DNA from: Eledone cirrhosa
Taxonomy: Eukaryota
Assembly (NCBI GenBank): GCA_964016885.1
Contig: OZ024740.1
Span: 868,001 to 932,000, forward strand
Length of the DNA stretch: 64,000 bases
Direction of reading: 5' to 3'
In this document: piece by piece, positions 25,655-37,462 of the stretch
Position numbering within the stretch: position 1 is the stretch's first letter
Layout: each line of letters begins with the position of its first letter
Notes under the pieces: model-generated
The model's database searches: none
Seen by the model: only the letters and a program-made list of their open reading frames with translations
Told to the model about the DNA's origin: nothing
Made by a program: the position numbers and the translations under genes

Positions 25655-25985
25655 ACATCATTATCATCATTACTATCATCCTCACCATCATTAACACATC
25701 ATCATCATCACTATGATAACCAAGATCAACAGGCTGTTACTGTTAACATTTACATATAATCATCATCTTCATAACAATAATTAACATCAACAAGCCATCA
25801 CTATAATCATCATATAGATCACCAGTATCAACAAGCTGTTACCATCATTATCCTCCTCAATGTCTCCATCATTAACATCACCACCCTCAACATTAACATC
25901 ATCATCACCACTATCATGAACATCATTATCACCACCATCACCAACATCATCATCATCATCACAATGACCATATCACTACCAATGT
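25655..25985. repeat. Degenerate (CAT/CAC)n low-complexity tract
   Basis: Runs of CAT and CAC triplets. Confidence 0.8.
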
Positions 25986-26472
25986 TTTGAAATCTGTTTA
26001 TCCATAGTTCTACATGAGTTTCGTGAAACAGAAATAGAGAGTTTAGAGAAAGAATTGAACACATACTTTTAGAGGCCACCATCAATCACTAATGACCATG
26101 GTTTTGCACCTAGAAAATTCCGTCACAAGCCTGGGCAAGGTTTGTTTGTAGAAAACCAGCAGTCGTCCAGGCATATCAGTCTCCCCTCTCTAGGCCACCA
26201 ATGTTGTCCAAAGAAAAGGCAATGGCTGATACAGCTTGTCACTAGTGACATCACAACCCCCCCCCCCCCCCGTATATACACTATATATACACTATATATA
26301 CACTATATATGATGTTGTTCAAGGAAAGGCAATGGCCAATACAGCTTGGCACCAATGACATTGCAACTAATTTCTACAGCTAAGTGAACTGGTGTAACAT
26401 GAAATAAAGTGTCTTGCTCAAGGATACAATGCACCACCTGTTCATCTGAGAATCATATAAATAATACTTTAC

Positions 26473-26553
26473 CTTACTGTTTACTGAAGAATTCAATTTC
26501 TTTAGTTGACTTTGATGTGGTTCTGGTAGTTTGAGAATAACATTATTACGAAT
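26473..26553 (-). CDS. UFL1: UFL1 exon
   Basis: tttttcAG|...|GTAAAG, 81 nt, phase 0-0; IRNNVILKLPEPHQSQLKKLNSSVNSK. Confidence 0.92.
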
Positions 26554-27111
26554 CTGAAAAACAGTTTTAATTTATTAGTCACAACATTATATTAGACATG
26601 TAAATATAGTGACTAAGGAATGAATCACAGGACAGACATTGCAGGCAAAGCCACCCAGCAGGAGTTCCAGAGGTAGGCCATGAGTAAGATGGTGGGATAA
26701 TATCTGTAACCTTAGTTATTCTCATTTGAGGAGCCAACCAAACCAGGTGGAAATGGTTGCTTCCAATAGGATCCTCTGGAAGGTGTATCTGAGGACTCTG
26801 CTCCTAAAATGTTTTCAGAAATAAGTGGGTGAAGAAGAAGACATCATATATGAAGTTGGAAAATTCTGTGACTACATTTAGTAATTCTTAACAAGTCTCT
26901 AAAACAAGTTTTTATTTTTTTTATTTTACTGTTTAATCCGGCCTATGATACTTTTCACAGCCTCTGAGATTATTGGGGTGAAGGAAGGAAAGCTTCCACA
27001 AATCGGATATCTGGTCTGAATACTTGCAGAGTGGACACCATTAAAGGCAGAGAAAATCAGAAAAACACTTACAAAATAAAAAAAAGAAAAGATATTAAAA
27101 AAGTCACTCAC

Positions 27112-27242
27112 ATCTGGAGTCAAGTGAGTTTCTTCTGTTAAAGACAACATATGATCTGTAGCAACAGCAGATGTTACCATGTTTGTGATGTCAGTACAGA
27201 TGGTTTTTAGCATATGCTTTATCAACAGACTCTGGACAGTTT
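27112..27242 (-). CDS. UFL1: UFL1 exon
   Basis: AG|...|GTGAGT, 131 nt, phase 1-0; TVQSLLIKHMLKTICTDITNMVTSAVATDHMLSLTEETHLTPD (cf. KHLLKSVCTDITN). Confidence 0.95.
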
Positions 27243-27906
27243 CTAGGAATTAAGAAAGAGTTCAGAGAAATACTTTAGTGCAAGAATACTTCGAAATGAC
27301 GGTTTCCTGTTGCTATTGTTGCTTTATTTTCTTATTCTGGCAATGAAAAAAATCTAAAAATACCTTGAATTGTTGTAGCAACATTTTTAACAACTGGAAC
27401 ACTAAATACAGTGCATCTCCCTCACCATCCTCCAGGGAAACACTTTCTCTATTCTGTCTGCCAAGGCTGTGGCGTGGCCAGCACGTGGGACCCCATTTAC
27501 TAATAATAGTGAGAGATGGGGAGGGCAGGAGAGACAGAGGCGATGACAATGGGTTTTAGTTCCTCTGTGTTTGGATCTGGTGTACATGTTGTGTGTGTCT
27601 GATTTAATAGTAATTTTTTTTTCTCATCTATGTGACTGACTGTGTTGTTGTTATTATACATTCTTCCTTTCCAACATTGAAGGAAGGGGGAAGTTGATTA
27701 TATTGAACACAGTGTATGACTGGTACTTTATTTTATTGACCCCAAAACGATATATATATATATATAAATGAAGTATTTCCGTAGGAAAGGTAAAGGAAAA
27801 GAGAGTGCTCTATGTCGGCTACAAACATAAATATCTGTCTTCAGAAACCACTGGTAAATGAAATAATTATCTTATGTTGTTTATTACATAACTATATATA
27901 TATATA

Positions 27907-28172
27907 TGTGTTGTTTCCTTGAGCAAGACACTTTATTTCACATTGCTCCAGTTTACTCAGCTGTAGAAATGAAATGATAGGACTGGGGTCCATATCATTC
28001 CACTGCAAAGTGGTCATGGAGGTGCCACAGAAAAAAAGCACCCAGCACTCACTGTAAATGAGGTTGGTGTTAGGAAGGGCATCCAGCTGTAGAAATCAAG
28101 CCAGAATCAGTTCCCGTCCCACCCTTGCAAGCAGGGAAAAAGCGGACTTAAAATGATGATGATGATGATGAT
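27907..28172 (+). mobile_element. 5'-truncated family-1 SINE
   Basis: Matches 17868-18140. Confidence 0.9.
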
Positions 28173-28174
28173 AT

Positions 28175-28421
28175 ATCATCATCAACGTTTAACGTCCGTG
28201 TTCCACGCTTGCATGGGTTTGGACGGGGGTAGTCCCACTTGAGGCAAGAGTGATTGTCTTGCTCGCATAGGACTGTCTGGCAGGTTTTCTACAGTTGGAT
28301 GCCCTTCCTAACACCAACCACATTTACAGTGTGGGTCTGGGAGGTTTTTACCGTGTTGCCTACACGGCCACATTACAGCGTGGACTGTGTGTTTTTTTGT
28401 CGTGATACCTACACGATCTCA
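28175..28421 (-). mobile_element. RTE subfamily A 3'UTR fragment, tail-to-tail with the SINE
   Basis: Reverse complement of 24778-25030. Confidence 0.88.
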
Positions 28422-28484
28422 TATATATATACATATATTGAAATACAATAGACCTTGAGAGGATGAAAAACAAAGTTGACTTTT

Positions 28485-29440
28485 AGCGGGATTTGAAGGC
28501 TAAGGTTAACTTTGCCTTTCATCCTTCCAGGGTTGATAAAATAATGCACCAGTAATGCACTGGGGTCCATTTAATCGACTTTCTCCTTCCACCAAATTTC
28601 TGGTCTTGTGCCAATGTTGGAAAAAAAGAATTATTATTAATATCATTATTAGGGCAGTTGATTGACAGTAGCAGTAGAGTGTCAGACATGCTTTTCAGCA
28701 TAGAGTTATATCCCTGTACGTTCCGAGATCCAATCCTGCTGAGGTTAACTTTGATTTTCATCCTTAAGGGGTTGATAAAATAAAGTATCAATGCACTGTG
28801 GTCAATTCAATCGACTTTCCTATCGCCCAAAATTGCTGGCCATGTGCCTATAGTAGAAATTATTATTATTATTATTGGCAGATTCAGTAGAGCATCAGAC
28901 AGCATGTTTTGCAGCATAAAGTTACGGCACTTTACGTTCTGAGTTTAAATCCTGCTGAAGTTAACCTTGATTTTCATCCTTACAGGATCGATAAAATAAA
29001 GTACCAGTAACGCACTGGGGTTGGTTTAGTCGATTTTCCCCTCCTCTCAAACTGTTGGCCTTGTGCCTAAATCAGAAACCATTATTATTATTGGCCCTTG
29101 CCATTCTGAGTTCAAATCCCGCCGAGGTTAACTTTGCCTTTCATCCTTATGGGGTCGATAAAATAAAGTACCAGTAATACACTGGGTAATTGCTGGCCGT
29201 GTGCCAAAAGTAGAAACCATTATTATTATTATTATGCGGTGGATTGGCAGTATCAGTAGAGGATCAGACGCCATGATTTGACACAAAGAGTTACGTCCCT
29301 TTACGATCTGAGTTCAAATCCCACCGAGATTAACTTTGCATTTCATCCTTACGGGGTGGATAAAATAAAGTACCAGTAATGTACTGGGTAATTGCTGACC
29401 TTGTGCCAAAAGTAGAAATAATAATTATTATTATTATTAT
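28485..29440 (+). mobile_element. Head-to-tail array of about five family-2 SINEs
   Basis: Repeated box B plus TTTCATCCTT...GATAAAATAA body, each separated by (ATT)n. Confidence 0.88.
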
Positions 29441-29592
29441 GCAAGCATGCTGTGTAGTTAAGAAGTTTGATTCACAACCATATGGTTTCAGATTCTGTCC
29501 CACTGCGTGACACCTTGGTTAAGTGTCTTCTAAGGGTGACCAATGTCTCGAGAGCTAAATCAATAGATAGAAATCATATGAAGCCTGTCCTA

Positions 29593-29775
29593 TGTGTGTG
29601 TGTATGTGTGTGTGTATGGTGTGTATGTGTGTGTGTGTGTGGTGTGTGTGTAGTGTGGTGTGTATGCTTGGTGTATGTGTGTGTGTGTGTGTGTGTAGTG
29701 TGTGTGTGGAGTGTGTATGCTTGGTGTATGTGTGAAGTGTATGTGTGGAGTGTGTGTGTGTGTGTATGTGTGTGT
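29593..29775. repeat. Imperfect (GT)n microsatellite
   Basis: Direct inspection. Confidence 0.95.
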
Positions 29776-29989
29776 CTTTGCTTCACATTTGACATCACTG
29801 GTGATGATATTTGTTTATGTCCTGCAAATATCCCAAAAGAATTTTTAATAATTAAGGGTTGGTGGCAGGAGGGGTGACCCTAACATTCTGCTTTAATCAC
29901 ATCTAAGTAAGGGGTATCTGGCCATAACATTCTAATCTAAGTAAGCAGGGGAAAATGGATGTAATAACAATGATGATGAGAATTCTAAC

Positions 29990-30156
29990 CTGGGAATAGT
30001 TTTATCCCTTTTTCAATCAGTATGATATTGATCCACATTCCACAGACTTTCTCCTGTAACTCTGCAAATGTCTTCTTCCTGGCTGATGTGGAACCAGTAC
30101 CAGTTGATTCAAAGAAAACACATTTGGCAATTTCTTGATATTCCTGTGAAAGTGGT
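29990..30156 (-). CDS. UFL1: UFL1 exon
   Basis: ttttgtAG|...|GTTAG, 167 nt, phase 2-1; PLSQEYQEIAKCVFFESTGTGSTSARKKTFAELQEKVCGMWINIILIEKGIKLFP. Confidence 0.95.
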
Positions 30157-30197
30157 CTACAAAATAATAAAGGAATAATTCATTGGATAATCAATAT

Positions 30198-31352
30198 TCA
30201 TCATCATCATCATCACTGTTTTACGTCCGTTCTTCCACGCTAGCATGGGTTAGATGGGTTGTCCTGTTGTGGGCAGTGTCTGGTCGGCTGACCATGCCTT
30301 GCTCATACAGGAACTGATTTGGCTTAATTTCTACAGCTGGATGCCCTTCCTAACACCAACCTCATTTACAGTGAGTGCTGGGTGCTTTTTCGTGGCGCCT
30401 ACACGTTCACTTTACAGTGTGGGCTGGGTGCTTTTTTGCCGTGGCACCTCCACGACTACCTTGCAGTGGGAGGGTGTGGGGGCATATTGTCTATATGCTT
30501 CAGCTTGTACCCATGGGAGGTCAGGTACTCTGTATTACTGCGTGACGCCAGAGGTCATGGTCGTGTGTCATTGCCTTTGAGAGGTGTAATTGGGTAAGGT
30601 CGGCTTTTATCACCTCATCCCAGGTCATCTTGGGTCTCCCCACTCCGCGGTTTCCATCGACTTCTAGTGCTCTGCACCTTTTTATGCAGCTGTCATCCTT
30701 CATACGCATCACATGTTCATACCAACGCAACCGCCTCTACTGCACACAGCATTTGATTCCTCTTATGCTCAGTCTCTCTCTCAATTCATTTATGCTTTGT
30801 CGTTCGCGTATATTACTATTACACATCCATCGGAGCATGTAGGCTTCGTTTCTCTCTAATCTACGTAAGTCTTCCACCTTCAGCGCCCAGGTCTCACTAC
30901 CATGTAACATTGCTGTTCGGATACATGCATCATACAGTCTGCCTTTCATTTTGAGGGAGAAGCCTTTTGCAGCTAGCAGTGGTAGTAGTTCTCTGAACTT
31001 CTTCCATCCCATTCTTACCCTAGTTATTGTACTTTCTGAACACCCACCTCCACTACTAATTCGGTCACCTAGGTAGCAGAAGCTGTCTACTGTCTCTACA
31101 GAGCCCTCCCAGAGATTGGTGGTACTTGTTTCCTGTGGCTGTTTGCTGCTTGCTGTCCCAGTACAGCTGCTGCATGTGAAGCCTACATTCTTAATTAAGC
31201 TTCCTGAGATCCCGCTACATCTCTTGTGTACTCATTGTTTGCATTTGGGGCAGAGAATGGAGTTCCTACCTACACCTTTCCTACATACTGAGCAAGGCCA
31301 TTTCCCTGAGGGGATCTGGGTTCTGTTTTCTCGTCTACTTACAAGGACCTTA
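30198..31352 (-). mobile_element. RTE LINE 3' portion (subfamily B) with tail
   Basis: Cys finger, GWKKFRELLPLL, RWYEHV...GRPKMTW; 3'UTR matches 48110-48445. Confidence 0.94.
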
Positions 31353-32226
31353 TTATAATATTATTTTATTTTATTGAACAAAAGTTATACAATGATGAAA
31401 ATATTAAAAAAAGGATAAAAACCAAATTAAGAAATGAAAAAATAGGGGGAAAACTGGAAAGAAGAGCAGATTTGGCTGTATAGGAAAGGAATATAAATGC
31501 CATAAATGAGAGGAAAAGGGGGAGAAGAGCAAAGACTATAGAGAAAGGGTAAAGACTATTAGGTAAGGGGAGAGGATGGCAGACCCTACACCTAGGTCAT
31601 ATCTTTCAGGAATATGTCAATGATCATAGAAGGGGTGATGTATTGCTGTTTATCCCTCCCAGGTCAGTCAGGGATAGGTCATGGGTCCTAGAAGAGGTGA
31701 GTTGTTGTTTATCCCTCCTAAGTTCTAATCCAGCAGAATTACAATAAAATAAATAGTTCTGGGTTCAATCCCCCTTTGTGACACCATGAGTGTCTTCTAC
31801 TATAGTGTTTTCTGAGTGATATTTTGTAGAGAGAAACTGTAGAAGAGGAAGACTGCTGACAACTTTGACAGAAATGGTGAGAGCTTATCTTAGGACAGTG
31901 AAGCTCACAGAAGAGATGTTGAAGGAACTTTGGCAGGTGGTGAAGATACCTCTATTCCAAGAAAAACAAGATGACTTTTGGCAAGTGGTGAAGATATATT
32001 TCCATTCCACCTCAATTCCAAGCAGACATAATGACCTTTGGCATGTGGTGAAACTACCTCCATTCCAAGCAGACATAATGACTTCATGGTATTTAAGTTA
32101 TTGGTCTAAGGCAGATGAAAGGTAATGTCACTGCTCGTGGGACTTAACTCCTAATGTACAACAATATAACTAGATACTACAAAGCACTTTGTCCCAGTGC
32201 TCTACTGATTATGGCAATTCACTGCT

Positions 32227-32860
32227 TTAATCCTTTGGTTAGCATATTTCTAATGAAATACACTGTCTATGTGTATCAATTAATTTTGACAATTTGCAGG
32301 AATTTAATAAACTAACTAACCTTTTAATTAGCAATCTGAAATATTACTTAACAGAAATTTCTTAAATAAAACCAAGATGGAAAGTTTTAATATAAATACA
32401 AACATTTTAAAATCAAGTTATGTATTATTAACCCTTTAGCATTTACACTGTAAATGTGGTTGGTGTTAGGAAGGGCATCCAACTGTAGATAACCCGCCAG
32501 ACAGTCCTATGCGAGCAAGACAACCACTCTTGCCTCAAGTGGGAAAACTCCCGTCCAAACCCATGCAAGCATGGAACACGGACGTTAAACGATGATGATG
32601 ATGATGATGATGATGATTACTCTATATTTACTCTTGTATTTTCACGGTAAAGGCTTTATCTCACAATATCGAATCTATGAGATTTTGATATTATTTATTT
32701 TGTGAACAATATCTTAACATCAGTATGAGTAGCAAGTTATGGCCAGTTTGAACAGAAATAAGTGAGAGATTTCTGGCCAGATATGGCTGGTTTAAATGCT
32801 AAATAGTTAAACCAGGGTGGTTTCAGATGGGTGGATGGGTTGGTATATAGATGTTTAAAG
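32227..32860. mobile_element. Nested MITEs: an older TTAA-MITE containing a second TTAA-MITE (32428-32810), itself interrupted by an RTE 3' tail (32447-32616)
   Basis: The inner element matches 14453-14668 once the RTE tail (matching 24868-25041) is removed. The outer element starts TTAATCCTTT and appears to resume after 32810 (inference). Confidence 0.65.
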
Positions 32861-34014
32861 GTTGGCATTAGATGGGTGGATGGGTTGGTATATAGAGGGT
32901 TAAAGGGTGGCTTCAGATGGGTGGATAGATTGTATATAGAGGGTTAAAGGGTGGCTGCAGATGGGTGGATGAATTGTATATAGAGGGTTAAAGGGTGGCT
33001 TTAGATGGGTGGATGGGTTGGTATATAGAGGGTTAAAGGGTGGCTTCAGATGGGTGGATGGATTGTATATAGAGGGTTAAAGGGTGGCTTCAGATGGGTG
33101 GATGGATTGTATATAGAGGGTTAAAGGGTGGCTTTAGATGGGTGGATGGGTTGGTATATAAGGGGTTAAAAGGTGGCTTCAGATGGGTGGATGGATTGTA
33201 TATAGAGGGTTAAAGGGTGGCTTCAGATGGGTGGATGGATTGTATATAGAGGGTTAAAGGGTGGCTTCAGATGGGTGGATGGATTGTATATAGAGGGTTA
33301 AAGGGTGGCTTTAGATGGGTGGATGGGTTGGTATATAAGGGGTTAAAAGGTGGCTTCAGATGGGTGGATGGATTGTATATAGAGGGTTAAAGGGTGGCTT
33401 CAGATGGGTGGTTGGGTTGGTATATAGAGGATTAAAGGGTGGCTTCAGATGGGTGGATGGGTTGGTATATAGAGGGTTAAAGGGTGGCTTTAGATGGGTG
33501 GATGGGTTGGTATATAGAGGGTTAAAGGGTGGCTTCAGATGGGTGGATGGATTGTATATAGAGGGTTAAAGGGTGGCTTCAGATGGGTGGATGGATTGTA
33601 TATAGAGGGTTAAAGGGTGGCTTTAGATGGGTGGATGGGTTGGTATATAAGGGGTTAAAAGGTGGCTTCAGATGGGTGGATGGATTGTATATAGAGGGTT
33701 AAAGGGTGGCTTCAGATGGGTGGATGGATTGTATATAGAGGGTTAAAGGGTGGCTTCAGATGGGTGGATGGATTGTATATAGAGGGTTAAAGGGTGGCTT
33801 TAGATGGGTGGATGGGTTGGTATATAAGGGGTTAAAAGGTGGCTTCAGATGGGTGGATGGATTGTATATAGAGGGTTAAAGGGTGGCTTCAGATGGGTGG
33901 TTGGGTTGGTATATAGAGGATTAAAGGGTGGCTTCAGATGGGTGGATGGGTTGGTATATAGAGGGTTAAAGGGTGGCTGCAGATGGGTGGATGGGTTGGT
34001 ATATAGAGGGTTAA
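32811..34014. repeat. G-rich 44/45-bp minisatellite (~27 units)
   Basis: Unit GGGTTAAAGGGTGGCTTCAGATGGGTGGATGG(A/G)TTG(G)TATATAGA. Confidence 0.97.
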
Positions 34015-34235
34015 AACAATATCTCAGAATATTGTAATGTAACTAAAGACACAAGACGGACGAAAGGACAGACATGATGATGGAGAGAGAGAGATGAAAG
34101 TAGAGGAAGAAAGAGAAAGAAATGAAAGAGAAAGATGAAAGAAGAGAGACATGGAGAGATGAAAGACAAGGGAGATGGAGAGATGAAAGATGAGGGAGGG
34201 AGAGATGAAAGATGAGGGAGAAAGAGATGAAAGAG

Positions 34236-34492
34236 AAATACCTATATAACTAGAGAGAGAGACATACCTATATAACTAGAGAGAGAGTCATACCTATATA
34301 ACTAGAGAGAGAGAGAAAGAGACATACCTATATAACTGGAGAGAGAGAGAGACATACCTATATAACTGGAGAGAGAGAGAGAGACATACCTATATAACTG
34401 GAGAGAGAGAGAGACATACCTATATAACTGGAGAGAGAGAGAGACATACCTATATAACTGGAGAGAGAGAGAGAGACATACCTATATAACTG
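34236..34492 (-). repeat. 26-34 bp minisatellite built from the UFL1 exon end plus splice donor (9 copies including the real junction)
   Basis: The minus-strand unit CAGTTATATAG|GTATGT(CT)n is identical to the exon/intron boundary at 34482/34481. Confidence 0.93.
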
Positions 34493-34737
34493 AGTGGCAA
34501 TCTCAGTAACAAGTTCTTCAGGAGAATCTAGTAGTTTCTTCTCTTTCTTCAAGATTTCTTCAATTTCATCAACATCCATAAAGTTCAGTGCCTTCTGATG
34601 TCCAAACATTTCTTCATCAGAATCTTCATTGGTCTTGCCAGTACAGTATTTCTTCTTTGTGGCTTTAGTCTTTACTTCTCTTGCCTGAGAACCACCACCA
34701 CCACTTCCTCCTCCGCCACCACCACCTTTACTGCCAC
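34482..34737 (-). CDS. UFL1: UFL1 exon (Gly-rich/basic loop and following helices)
   Basis: AG|...|GTATGT, 256 nt, phase 1-2; GSKGGGGGGGSGGGGSQAREVKTKATKKKY...FMDVDEIEEILKKEKKLLDSPEELVTEIATQLY. Confidence 0.95.
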
Positions 34738-34889
34738 CTATATAGTGGAAAGAAATATATTTAATTTACCATATGCCAGCATGATAAGTGGATGTGAAAT
34801 AATGATGATAAAAACACCCTATCAAGACATATCTACATATAAAGTAGCATAGTTGATACAAAGAATTGTGAGATCATCATCACTGTTTA

Positions 34890-35212
34890 GCGTCCATCAG
34901 TAACAACAATGAAGCTAAAGGCAAGCAAGGCACTGCCCCCTGTAGCAGATACTAACTATGCAGGGTGGAAATGCCTAAACAGAATAAGATCTGGTATTGG
35001 ATGTGCAAAAGTCACTCTTACAAAATGGGGATGTTTAAAGGATGGAGACGTTGTGTGTGACTGCGGCATCAAACTACAGACTATGCAGCACCTCCTGATA
35101 TGCCTCCTGCTGGAACACCCCTGCACAGCATTGGACTTGGCAGAGTTTAGTGAGGAAGGACAGCAATGTGTTGTAACTGGCACTCTTGTGGACACAGCAA
35201 GAAAGAAAGAGC
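34890..35212 (+). mobile_element. Vingi/Ingi-like (I-group) LINE 3' fragment with CCHC zinc-knuckle region
   Basis: WKCLNRIRSGIG...KWG...CDCG...QTMQHLLIC...C...DL pattern typical of Ingi/Vingi ORF C-termini; short AAGAAAGAAAG tail. Confidence 0.7.
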
Positions 35213-36611
35213 GCCCATTTTTTCATGCTTAAATGGGTCGTCCACACTGGGAGGAAAATTTGGCCAGAGTTGGCCATGTCGTAGGAGATATGTAATAAAA
35301 ACCAATAAGTTTTATTTGTCATCATTTGTGTTTTATATATTTCTACCACATTGTACCAGCTTTTTAAAACATATAAGCCTTTTATTACATATCTACTTAT
35401 GTCTTGAATTTAAGATACCTGGCACTTTAACTCAAGATTAAAGAGGAATGTCTTCATCTATAACCTCAAGCCAACCGGTGCCTTGTGAGTGAATTTAACA
35501 GATGGAAACTGTTGCATCGCAGAGACAACCCCCCCCCCCCCCTGTGGCTCTAAAGCAGCAGAGTCATAATGACCTGACTGCTCCTTGACAATGTAGGAAG
35601 GGGTTCTAACCCTAGTGCTATTAATTATACTCTCCATGGTTCTTCTCAATGGCTGATAATACCTTACCAGCGCCACTCGAGTAAGGTAATTATTTAGAGC
35701 AGACCTGGGAGTGATAATAACTAAGGAGTAACTCCACATTTCCCACAGCTCCTGAACTCCCGAACTGGAGCCTTGCCACTGGATGCAGTTTAATGTCATA
35801 CCCAGGAAACAGTGTCTATGCATATTCATATCAACACTGCTTATAGATATATAGTGATATTAGTTTATGTCCTGCATAACCACTATGTGCTGCAGGTAGC
35901 CAGTTTAAGAAAGATGAATGGTATAATATAATATACTTAAAATTATAAAATTTTAAGTTTTGAGTTGGCATCAGGAAGTGCATTCGGACATAGAAAATCT
36001 ACCAGCAGAAACAAAGCAGGCATCGCTCTGATCGATCAATAAGATCCCAGACCTTATTCGTTTGCCGAGTGGGAGGGACATCGTCAAATCGGACAAAGGA
36101 AACAATGTTTCCATTGGTCTTTGCATTGCTGATACTATCTACCAGTCGCAACTCCTGGCAGAAGGAGCAACGTGAAATAAAGTGTCTTTCTCAAGGACAC
36201 AACGCATCACCCAGACCGAGAATTGAACTCGTAACCTCACGATTGCGAATCCAACTCTCTACTACTAACCCACGTGCCTTAAAGCAGTCATAAAAACTAT
36301 GAAATGATGATTTACACTCTCACATCATCACCATTTAATGTCTATTTTTCCACACTAGCATGGGTTAGACGAGTTGTCCAGTTACAAGAAATGCCAGGTC
36401 AGGTGACCATGTCTTGCTCATACACATACATACTCAGCATTTTAAGTTAAGTTAAATCTCAAACTATAAACATTCAACTCTTGTTACATTGTGTTGTAGC
36501 CCACGACAGGATACCTTTTACTCTGCTTCCTCTAGCTTGTCTGACTAAGAAAGAAAACCAACAAACTCTACAGCCATTGAAAGGGGGTCTATCCACAAAT
36601 CATCTACGAAA

Positions 36612-36860
36612 TACACACTCCCCGCATACACACAAGGGGGTGGTGACAGTAATGCACCCACTCATACACACAAGGGGAGGTGACAGTAATACACCGCCCC
36701 ATACACACAAGGGGGAGTGACAGTAATACATATTCCGCATACACATAAGCGGGGGAAGTCATACACCCTACTCATACAAATGGAGTGGGGTGACAGTCGT
36801 ACACCATACCATTGACAAAGAAAGGGAGGAGACAGTAATACATCCTCTCATACAAAGAAA
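36612..36860. repeat. Degenerate ~32-35 bp tandem repeat (CATACACACAAGGGGG..GTGACAGTAATACA)
   Basis: About 7 diverged units immediately downstream of a UFL1 donor. Confidence 0.75.
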
Positions 36861-36945
36861 GCGCTAACGGTAACAGTAATATAACAACAGTTTGTTTCCC
36901 CCTTCTCCACATGCCAACTATTTCGACGTAACAAGAGAAAGGTAC

Positions 36946-37051
36946 CTTTTTTCTTCCGATTATCTCTTTTGTCTTCTTTAACTTCATTACTCTTCATATT
37001 GCTTCCACCTTTTTTTGTAACTTTAAACACGGCACTGTTAGATTTGGAATC
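36946..37051 (-). CDS. UFL1: UFL1 exon
   Basis: atttcAG|...G|GTACCT, 106 nt, phase 0-1, compatible with both neighbours; DSKSNSAVFKVTKKGGSNMKSNEVKEDKRDNRKKK (cf. KKDKKDERRRK). Confidence 0.88.
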
Positions 37052-37084
37052 CTGAAATTATAAGATGAAATAAAAAAATATATA

Positions 37085-37462
37085 AGCAGCCGAAATGGGA
37101 TTCCTCCGAAAGGTTTTCGGAGTAACGTTACTCAATACAGCTCGGAGATCGGAGTGTAACTCAAGGTAGAACAACTACTTCTCTGAACTGAGAGATCACA
37201 GCTCCAATACTATGGGCATGTGGTTAGAATGTCTCAGGAAAGAATCACTGGACAGATTTTATGGGCAAAACCAACCGGCAAGAGACCCAGGAGTAGACCC
37301 CGAGCAAGATAGTTGGATAACATCCATGAGCTTAGCTGGTCATGCTTGGGGATCCAGCCAGATCAGTTGGAGACGATTGCTTCTGACAGGACCCGCTGGA
37401 AGAAATGTTTGAGAACTCTTCCCCACGACCCTCTTGGGAATAAGTGGGGGAAGAAGAAGAAA
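37085..37462 (+). mobile_element. Old RTE-like LINE 3' end with (GAA)n tail
   Basis: AAEMGFLRKV, GRP-like and RW motifs in degraded frames; GAAGAAGAAGAA at ~37450; related to 14700-15065. Confidence 0.6.

Noticed and set aside
27800-27860. CTGAAGA on the minus strand as another hammerhead
   Set aside because: No properly placed GAAA or convincing stems.
31925-32085. Three ~50-bp repeats with a short ORF (LWQVVK)
   Set aside because: Small degenerate tandem repeat with no splice or homology support.
32811-34014. GGGTTA motifs as telomeric repeats
   Set aside because: Only one GGGTTA per 44/45-bp unit, not tandem TTAGGG.
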